DNA of 10,453 bases, taken from positions 1-10,453 of the forward strand of contig JAQXOR010000143.1 of assembly GCA_029099805.1 (NCBI GenBank), in the 5' to 3' direction. Both the position numbers and the translations under genes were made by a program. Below, piece by piece: positions 1-6,091 of this stretch (the stretch's first letter is position 1; each line of letters opens with the position of its first letter). The DNA is from Lachnospiraceae bacterium. Its GTDB lineage: Bacteria; Bacillota; Clostridia; Lachnospirales; Lachnospiraceae. Under the pieces are notes generated by a model that searched no databases, had not been told where the DNA came from, and saw only the letters and a list, made by a program, of their open reading frames with translations.

Positions 1-28
1 GATAGTGTCAATAGTTTTTCGCAAATTA
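1..28. repeat. IS terminal inverted repeat (end nearest the transposase stop codon)
   Basis: Matches the reverse complement of 1342..1369 at 20/28 positions, including a perfect 12-nt core, TTTCGCAAATTA. Confidence 0.6.
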
Positions 29-54
29 GTTTTCAGCCGCTTGGTAGCCGGTAG

Positions 55-1257
55 TTAGCCGACTATGATATCAGACAACGGATCATCCTCCAGTTCCAGT
101 TCGGAGAGGTGATTCATGCTCATGTAACGTTTGCTTCCCCATTGGGTTCCGGCTACATGACGCAGTCTGGCACATACAAGCATTAACGCACTTTGTCCGT
201 CAGGAAAAGCACCGATGGCTCTGGTCCGGCGTTTTATCTCACGGTTAAGGCGTTCTATCGTGTTGTTGGTACGGATTCTCGACCAGTGCTGGTACGGAAA
301 ATCCATGTAAGTAATAGTCTCTTCGATGCCATCTTCAAGCTTTTTGGCAGCCGAGGCGAGTTTCATTTCTTTCAGCTTTTCGGCAACCTGAAGAGCCTTT
401 GCCCGGGCAGCATCCTTGCTTTCTTGGGCATGGATTGCCTTTAACATCATGGCAACCGTTTTCACCTTATTACGCGGTGTAACTGAGAAGATGTTCCGGT
501 AGAAATGAACCGTGCAACGCTGATAGCAAGCCTCCGGAAACACTTCCGGAATCGTTTCGAGCATACCGAGATTTTTATCGCCGATAATGAGACGTACGCC
601 GGTAAGACCGCGTTCTTTGAGCCAAACGAAGAAGGAACGCCAGCTCTCTTTATCTTCCTTCATCCCCTCAGCGGCACCAAGGATTTCGCGATAACCTTCG
701 TTGTTAACGCCGATGGCCACGAGTACAGAAACGTTCCGAATCTCACCGCCCCAACTGCGCTTGAGATAAACACCATCCACATAGACATATGGATAGCTGC
801 CGGACAGCGGACGGGTACGCCATTCTTCAATGTGTTCATAGGCTTTCTTGTTGAGGTTACTGATGGTTCCCGGAGATACCTTGGTTCCCCATAAAGCCTC
901 GGTGATGTCCTCAACACGGCGCACGGATACACCTGCCAAGTACATCTCAATCAGGGCTTCTTCCACGGAAGATTCCCTGCGACGATACCGTTCAATGATG
1001 GCTGTTTCAAACGGAACTCCTTTCAGCTTCGGAACCTTTAGTTCCACCTCGCCGGCGGTTGTCTGGAAGTTGCGCTTATAATGACCGGAACGATAACCCT
1101 GACGTTCCTCAGAACGTTCATACTTTCCGGCATTCACAAGCTGTTCTGCTTCGTTATCCAGCAGGGCATTGAGCGTCTCCTCGACGCTATTTCGTACTAA
1201 ATCTTTCAATTCGTTGTGGATTATTTCCTGATTTAATTGTATAATGTTATCAGACAT
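55..1257 (-). CDS. IS256-family (Mutator-type, Transposase_mut) DDE transposase, 400 aa
   Basis: Full-length ORF with family hallmarks: YVYVDGVY (first D), LIIGDKNLG (second D), and RTNNTIERLNREIKRRTR (catalytic E plus the conserved C-terminal signature). The RBS AAGGAGG lies 9 nt upstream of the ATG (minus strand, plus coordinates about 1267..1273). Confidence 0.95.
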   Translation of the reverse strand: MSDNIIQLNQEIIHNELKDLVRNSVEETLNALLDNEAEQLVNAGKYERSEERQGYRSGHYKRNFQTTAGEVELKVPKLKGVPFETAIIERYRRRESSVEEALIEMYLAGVSVRRVEDITEALWGTKVSPGTISNLNKKAYEHIEEWRTRPLSGSYPYVYVDGVYLKRSWGGEIRNVSVLVAIGVNNEGYREILGAAEGMKEDKESWRSFFVWLKERGLTGVRLIIGDKNLGMLETIPEVFPEACYQRCTVHFYRNIFSVTPRNKVKTVAMMLKAIHAQESKDAARAKALQVAEKLKEMKLASAAKKLEDGIEETITYMDFPYQHWSRIRTNNTIERLNREIKRRTRAIGAFPDGQSALMLVCARLRHVAGTQWGSKRYMSMNHLSELELEDDPLSDIIVG

Positions 1258-1341
1258 GGTTTTTAGCCTCCTTTGTAAAATTTTGTGTGGTAACTTAATT
1301 CTACCAAACGGCTATAGACCATGTCTATTTATTTATGAAAT

Positions 1342-1369
1342 TAATTTGCGAAACTTATTATACGTCATC
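1342..1369. repeat. IS terminal inverted repeat (end nearest the transposase start codon)
   Basis: The plus strand reads TAATTTGCGAAACTTATTATACGTCATC, whose reverse complement pairs with 1..28 as described. It lies about 85 bp upstream of the transposase ATG. Confidence 0.6.
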
Positions 1370-1547
1370 CTTGTTTTCCGGTCCGGCGGACAAGCAAACC
1401 AACCTTGCCGGTTTGCCATCCTTGTCCCCCAAAAATAAAGAAGCTCCGTCGCCATCTTCAAAGGGGATGTTGACAGTGCTTCTTTATATTTTTCCGAAAG
1501 TTGTTTTCATGCAATACTGTGTAAGCATGGGTTGTAGTGTAATATCT

Positions 1548-1679
1548 TTAACTGTGGGGAACTCCCATTTCCCAGTTTGACACCGCCTGTCTCGTCACAT
1601 GAAGCCGTTCTGCCAGCTGCTCCTGGGTCATCCCCTTTTCTGCCCGTACCTTCTTAATTGTTTTTCCGATATTACTCAT
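1548..1679 (-). CDS. Short XRE-family helix-turn-helix ORF (43 aa), probably a truncated or decayed regulator
   Basis: MSNIGKTIKKVRAEKGMTQEQLAERLHVTRQAVSNWEMGVPHS is a classic Cro/C1 HTH (GMTQEQLAERLHVTRQAVSNWE). It stops where homologues normally continue with helices 4-5. I re-called the start to the internal ATG at 1679 because AGGAGG lies 12 nt upstream; the 25-aa N-terminal extension in the ORF track has no RBS. Confidence 0.55.
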   Translation of the reverse strand: MSNIGKTIKKVRAEKGMTQEQLAERLHVTRQAVSNWEMGVPHS

Positions 1680-1897
1680 ACTTCCTTGTCTCCTCCTTAC
1701 ATTTGATTCCTGCCTCCAACTATACGCTTCCCTCATAATATAGTCACGCAACAAAGCATTGCATTTCGCAATTTATCAGGTTTTCCGGTCTATCCGTCAA
1801 TCATCAGCTTCCAAAAATGGATATGGATTCAATCACTATTCTACACAATATCGGCAATTTTTCAAGACGAAACATCGTATCCTCCGATATGGCAAAC

Positions 1898-1926
1898 TTT
1901 ACATATTATTTTGACTGTGCTATAAT
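1898..1926 (+). promoter_or_regulatory. Candidate sigma-A promoter for the GGDEF-EAL gene
   Basis: TTTACA (1898..1903), a 17-nt spacer, then TATAAT (1921..1926) with an extended -10 TG (tgTGcTATAAT). This lies about 50 nt upstream of the ATG at 1979. Confidence 0.5.
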
Positions 1927-1978
1927 TATTCTGTAGCTTGTGAAACTATTTGTCAATCTACGGACAAAGGAGGTTTTT

Positions 1979-3673
1979 ATGCAGAACAGGAAGAAACAAC
2001 GATCAGCCACCATCCAAATGATTCTTCTGGCATTTCTATATATCGCATTAACCCCTATTCTCCTTGGCATGACCCGATACGGACAACTGTCATTTACCTT
2101 CGGGAACTATACACTCTTTTTAAGTCATTTTTCCGGAATCATTGCAATTATGCAGATTGCTATATGTATTTCTCTTGTATTAACAAAGCATAAACACGGA
2201 ATGGTTCTTAGTCTCAGCCTACTGTTTTTTGCTGCCTTCGGAGCATTTCAGTCCATCCGGCTGACCAAACAAATGTCTTCCCTGCCGGGTATTTTTATGT
2301 CGATTGGCGGGATTTTCATTGTCTTGTTACTCTATAAACAAATCAGCAAACTTGCCGAAAACGAACAGCTTATGAGAGAATTATCGGTCACGGACTCTCT
2401 GACAGGTCTGGCAAATCGAAGAGGCGCCCTGGATTTTATTCATGAAATGATTCAGGATAATAGAGGCTTCTATCTTCTGTTTCTTGATTTAGACCACTTC
2501 AAAGAAATCAATGATATTTTAGGCCATAAAATAGGAGACACCGTACTATGTTCCATAGCAAAGAAATGGAAACAGTTTGATAATTACGGAGGAATTCTTG
2601 CCAGAAATGGCGGTGACGAATTTATTTTTGTATTACCTGATAACCAAAACATAGAGGTAAGTCAGGTTATGCAGCAATTTGTAGATGCGTCATCCGATGT
2701 ACATGTCGAAAATATGGACGATTTATTTAATATCTCCGTATGCATAGGAGCTGCACACTTTCCAACCAATGCAGATACTCCGGAAGAGCTGCTCAAATGC
2801 GCGGACATCGCAATGTATGTCGCTAAAAGAGCCGGGAACGGCCAATTTCGAATTTTTAACGATGAAATGGAAAAGGCTGCCAAAAGGAAACATACTCTTG
2901 AAGAATACATCAGGAAGGCTCTTGAAAACGACTCGTTTTATCTCGTGTTTCAGCCGCAGTTCTCTGCTGCCGACAAGTCGTTAAGAGGCTTCGAAGCCTT
3001 ACTTCGTCTGAATGATGAAGAAGGAAATCCGCTCAACACAGGAGAATTTATTGATGTTGCGGAGCATTCCGGCTTAATTTTGGACTTGGACAATTATGTT
3101 CTTGAAAAGGCACTCGGTATATTCCGGGAGCTGACAGAACAGTCGGATAACCGTCTTATTCTATCTGTTAATATCTCTTCAAAGCATCTGACCGGGACAG
3201 ACTTCGTTGAGGAGATTCAACAGATTCTTCAAAAAACCTGTTTTCCACCATCCTGCCTTGAGATAGAAATGACAGAATACAGTTATGTCAAATCATTCAG
3301 AAAAGCAATACAGATAATTAATGAACTGACTGCATTGGGAATTAAAATTGCACTGGATGATTTTGGAACAGGCTATACATCTCTTAGCTATCTGACAAGA
3401 ATGCCTGTGGATACGCTGAAAATCGATAAATCTTTTATTGACAACCTCGGAAAAAATAAAAAGAGCGAAGAGTTTGTAAACGCCATCGTATCCATGGGGC
3501 ACATTCTGGGCTGTTCCGTCGTTGCGGAAGGAGTGGAACTGCAGGAGCAATTAGATGACCTGCGCTCCTATCATTGTGATTATATTCAGGGCTTTCTCTG
3601 GAGCAAACCGTTATCCTTCGCAGATGCCTGTCAATTGGTTACTAATTATACTAATAACAAAGACCACTTTTGA
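1979..3673 (+). CDS. Membrane-anchored GGDEF-EAL protein (putative bifunctional diguanylate cyclase / c-di-GMP phosphodiesterase), 564 aa
   Basis: The start was re-called to the ATG at 1979, with RBS AAGGAGG at 1967..1973. The N-terminal ~125 aa contain 4-5 hydrophobic helices. GGDEF domain motifs: DSLTGLANRRG, FLDLDHFKEIND, and GGDEF at 2609..2623. EAL domain motifs: FQPQ, EAL at 2993..3001, NISS, EIEMTE, DDFGTGYTSLSYL, KIDKSF, AEGVE and QGFLWSKP. All catalytic signatures appear intact. Confidence 0.9.
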   Translation: MQNRKKQRSATIQMILLAFLYIALTPILLGMTRYGQLSFTFGNYTLFLSHFSGIIAIMQIAICISLVLTKHKHGMVLSLSLLFFAAFGAFQSIRLTKQMSSLPGIFMSIGGIFIVLLLYKQISKLAENEQLMRELSVTDSLTGLANRRGALDFIHEMIQDNRGFYLLFLDLDHFKEINDILGHKIGDTVLCSIAKKWKQFDNYGGILARNGGDEFIFVLPDNQNIEVSQVMQQFVDASSDVHVENMDDLFNISVCIGAAHFPTNADTPEELLKCADIAMYVAKRAGNGQFRIFNDEMEKAAKRKHTLEEYIRKALENDSFYLVFQPQFSAADKSLRGFEALLRLNDEEGNPLNTGEFIDVAEHSGLILDLDNYVLEKALGIFRELTEQSDNRLILSVNISSKHLTGTDFVEEIQQILQKTCFPPSCLEIEMTEYSYVKSFRKAIQIINELTALGIKIALDDFGTGYTSLSYLTRMPVDTLKIDKSFIDNLGKNKKSEEFVNAIVSMGHILGCSVVAEGVELQEQLDDLRSYHCDYIQGFLWSKPLSFADACQLVTNYTNNKDHF

Positions 3674-3708
3674 TTTCAAAAGCGGTCCTAAGTCTTTTGC
3701 TCTGTTTT

Positions 3709-3749
3709 CTGCTATGGAAACATCGAATAATTCCGTGTTTCCATAGCAG
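3709..3749 (+). terminator. Intrinsic terminator hairpin between the convergent GGDEF-EAL and metG genes
   Basis: A perfect 14-bp stem, CTGCTATGGAAACA (3709..3722) with TGTTTCCATAGCAG (3736..3749), encloses a 13-nt loop. On the plus strand it is followed by a T-rich tail (TATTTCATATCGTTATTTTT). On the minus strand the tail is A-rich, so the hairpin is convincing mainly for the plus-strand gene. Confidence 0.6.
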
Positions 3750-3761
3750 TATTTCATATCG

Positions 3762-5843
3762 TTATTTTTCCTTCATCTGTGCAAGCTGGCTCTCATGGCG
3801 CACAAAGAAGTCAAACCGCGGCGGCAGGAACTTGGTTGCCACCCCCGGAGTCTCCAGCACATCCTGCAAATCGGCAAATGCATAGTTCCAGTCGTATACC
3901 TTTTCAGAAAGTCCCACATACTCGCGCACTGTTTCACAACCGGTCGGTGCAATCGGGTGAAGAAGTAACAATGCGGTCTTAATACCGTAGAAGCAGTCGA
4001 CGAGAAGCTGATTTCGAAGTGCCTCGCCACCTTCCTCCTCTGCCTTCTTGATATTGTTAGCATAATGCTTATTCAACAGACGGATATAGTCATCCAGCAC
4101 ATAGGTAATACGGTGGAAATCATGGTTGTACATATGGCGCTCATATTCCAGAATAGCATCCTCGGATGCCTTCTTAATCTTTTCATCCACAGTGCCTTCC
4201 GGAATCACAGAATCATTATACTTCTGTACCGTATACAGGCAGGAACGCACAATACGGTTAAATACGTTTGTTAAAAGATTTCCTTCCTTTAATACCGGGT
4301 CAACGCCCTCACGCTCAGCCTCCGGCAGATAAATCTGCGGCTTAAAGCTTGAGCTTTTAGTAGAAAGACCGAGGCTTAAGAAATGCATTCTAAGCTGTTC
4401 CGGAGTATAAAATGCAAGTAAATCCTGTGCCATCGGCGGCTTAATCTCTGAGCTGGAGCTTGCCTTCTTATCCATAAACAGGATATGACGGTTTGCCACA
4501 AGCTGCGGAAGCTTTTTATAGTCAATCTTCACAGGCTCTCCCGCCGGTGTATCCGCAGCTGCAAACATTGCCATTTCCGCAATACCATAGAAGTAAATAT
4601 TATCCTCGCCGATAAACTGATATACCTTGGAGTCACCGCCCATCCACCAATCCTTCCATTCGGACGGGTCCTTTCCACGTTCTTCAAGACAAGTCTTTGT
4701 AAATGAAATCGGTGCCCATAAAGACTCCGGCCATACCCAGAAGGTCAGGTCCTTATTACCTTCACACTCCGGCACCGGTACACCCCACTCGATATTACCT
4801 GACAAGCGGAACGGTACCAGCGTCTTACCTGTACGACAGTTAATATTACGTTCCGCAAGAGCTGCTCTTGCCTTATCTCTGTCATCTAAGGAAGCAAACA
4901 CGAAGGTTACGGACGGCTTTTTCTCCTCGGCAATTACCTCATGTGCCGGGAACGCTGCGGTAAGCTCGGCAAGACCTGCCGCATAAGCTGCATCAAAGGT
5001 CTCCTTTTCCGGTATCCCCTCGCCGGTATAGGTCTTAGGATTTGCCGCAATCAACTTCTTCTGTACATAGATAACCGGCTTCTTCAAAAACTCCTCAATG
5101 GTATTTAAAATATATTTACGGGTGTTCGTATTCGCACGCAGCTCATTGATATACTCCTGCATTTCATCGGTGAAGTTCTCAAGAGAGAAATACCAGTTCT
5201 TTACCTCGATAATCTCCGGCTTCTTTCCGGATAACATACTTTTAGGGTCAATCAGCTCGGACGGCATATACTGATGCCCGAGGTCACACTCATCCGCATA
5301 CCCTTTTTCGGAACAGCACCCCTCAATCGGACATTTTCCTACAACCTGTCTTCCGTTTAAGAGCACCTTAAACTCCGGGTCGTAAAACTGCGGCGTGGAC
5401 ATCATCTTTAACTGACCGCGTTCATACAGAGCCTCAAAAATCTCCCTGGAAGACTCTACATGAAATTCACTGCCGCGATACAGAGCAGATGCGCCGTAGT
5501 AATCCGGCTTGATTTCATATGCTTCCAGTGTCTTTTTCTGCGCTTTATGATTCTTCTCCACGTAATCGTGAATCGTCATATCGGAAGGTATCGCACCACT
5601 CTCCTGTTGCTTACGAAAGCCCTCTAAAATCGGAGAACCGTAACAGTCGGTTCCGGATACAAAGATAACATTTTCCGCTCCGATACGGTCACGCATAAAT
5701 CTTGCAAAGGTGTCTGCATGTACAAACAGACCGCCTACATGTCCAAAATGCAGCTCTTTATTTCCGTATGGCATACCGGACGTAATCACTGCCTTTTTAG
5801 GAAATACCGGACGTCCCTCCGGCTTTTTAAATTCTTTCTCCAT
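3762..5843 (-). CDS. metG: Methionine--tRNA ligase (class I aaRS), atypical form, 693 aa
   Basis: The HIGH region is [11 protein letters not shown]. The Zn-knuckle segment [32 protein letters not shown] parallels E. coli MetRS [43 protein letters not shown] parallels YHFIGKDIVYFH. EWGVPVP...[15 protein letters not shown] parallels the ISRD...YFYVWLDAPIGY block. The RBS is GGGGAAGGAA, 7 nt upstream of the ATG. Confidence 0.85.
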   Translation of the reverse strand: [693 protein letters not shown]

Positions 5844-5884
5844 AACTCTTTTCCTTCCCCGCTTCCGCCATTAACGCCTTATCT

Positions 5885-6020
5885 GCGGAAGGAAACATAA
5901 TTTTCTACGAGAACCCGCTCTCGCTCATGCACCGACGTATCAGACACTAAGCTCGAAAACACCTCGCTAAGTGCTGACGTCGGTTTATGGTTCTCTTAAG
6001 AAAATTATGTTTCCTGCCGC
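5885..6020. repeat. 136-bp imperfect palindrome (long hairpin) in the leuS-metG spacer
   Basis: GCGGAAGGAAACATAATTTTCT (5885..5906) pairs 21/22 with AGAAAATTATGTTTCCTGCCGC (5999..6020). Inner pairings continue the stem: GAGAACC/GGTTCTC, ACCGACGT/ACGTCGGT, and CACTAAGC/GCTAAGTG-like (7/8). Flanking CTTCCGC (5862..5868) and GCGGAAG (6037..6043) sit symmetrically, 16 nt outside each arm. Confidence 0.75.
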
Positions 6021-6091
6021 ATTCAGAATTCTCTAAGCGGAAGCGCCAGCCACATTGTTCTGCTTTTCTATTCAAAAAGCGCAAGCCATTA

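Larger units (their letters stand above)
1..1369 (-). mobile_element. IS256-family insertion sequence, apparently complete. One terminus sits at window position 1.
   Basis: A single 400-aa Mutator/IS256-type transposase ORF is flanked by imperfect terminal inverted repeats. Positions 1..28 (GATAGTGTCAATAGTTTTTCGCAAATTA) match the reverse complement of 1342..1369 (GATGACGTATAATAAGTTTCGCAAATTA): a 12/12 identical core (17..28 vs 1342..1353) plus 8/16 outer positions. Both repeats start with GAT, like the GATAAAGTCCGTATAAT end of IS256 as I recall it. The length of about 1.37 kb is typical for the family. Boundaries are good to a few bp; no target-site duplication can be checked because the left flank is outside the window. 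Confidence 0.8.

Noticed and set aside
193-1081. Plus-strand ORFs 193..444, 505..894 and 848..1081, and the out-of-frame minus-strand ORF 660..950, all inside the IS
   Set aside because: All lie within the transposase gene, either antisense or out of frame. They have no RBS and junk-like composition. They are shadow ORFs of a strongly supported CDS.
1388-1427. Bulged 13-bp hairpin, considered as a possible terminator
   Set aside because: No U-tract follows it on either strand; the A-run on the plus strand lies on the wrong side for a minus-strand terminator.
1244-1580. ORFs 1244..1438 and 1335..1580 (+), spanning the IS end and the remnant region
   Set aside because: They cross the IS terminal repeat, have no RBS and no recognisable motifs, and are low-complexity. 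They are most likely non-coding.
1680-1754. 25-aa N-terminal extension of the XRE ORF (MLRDYIMREAYSWRQESNVRRRQGS)
   Set aside because: The extension contains the AGGAGG RBS for the internal ATG at 1679 and has no RBS of its own. HTH proteins of this type start a few residues before helix 1.
1758-1772. ATTGC-N5-GCAAT palindrome as an XRE operator
   Set aside because: It has only 5-bp half-sites, so it is easily a chance occurrence. I kept it as a comment under the XRE finding and did not call it as a feature.
1911-1926. TTGACT (1911..1916) as the -35 box for the TATAAT at 1921..1926
   Set aside because: The spacer is only 4 nt, which is incompatible with a sigma-A promoter. TTTACA at 1898..1903, with 17-nt spacing, is the credible -35.
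1940-1978. GTG start at 1940 for the GGDEF-EAL gene
   Set aside because: The extension overlaps the AAGGAGG RBS that serves the ATG at 1979 and lies within a few nt of the predicted transcription start.
2662-3885. ORFs 2662..2910 (-), 2769..2984 (+), 3293..3550 (-), 3555..3746 (+) and 3670..3885 (+)
   Set aside because: They are antisense or out of frame within the GGDEF-EAL gene, or they run across the terminator hairpin into the 3' end of metG. None has an RBS or a recognisable motif.
3773-4986. Several 60-119-aa ORFs overlapping metG on both strands
   Set aside because: They are shadow ORFs inside a well-supported synthetase gene, with R/S/P/H-rich composition typical of antisense frames.
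5844-6091. Search for a Met T-box, a SAM (S-box) riboswitch, a promoter or a terminator in the metG upstream spacer
   Set aside because: I found no T-box core, no AGAGA/GGUG Stem I signatures, no S-box-like conserved blocks, no TTGACA/TATAAT pair at proper spacing, and no GC hairpin followed by a U-tract. The weak GCTTTTT/AAAAGC hairpin after the leuS stop is AT-rich and unconvincing.
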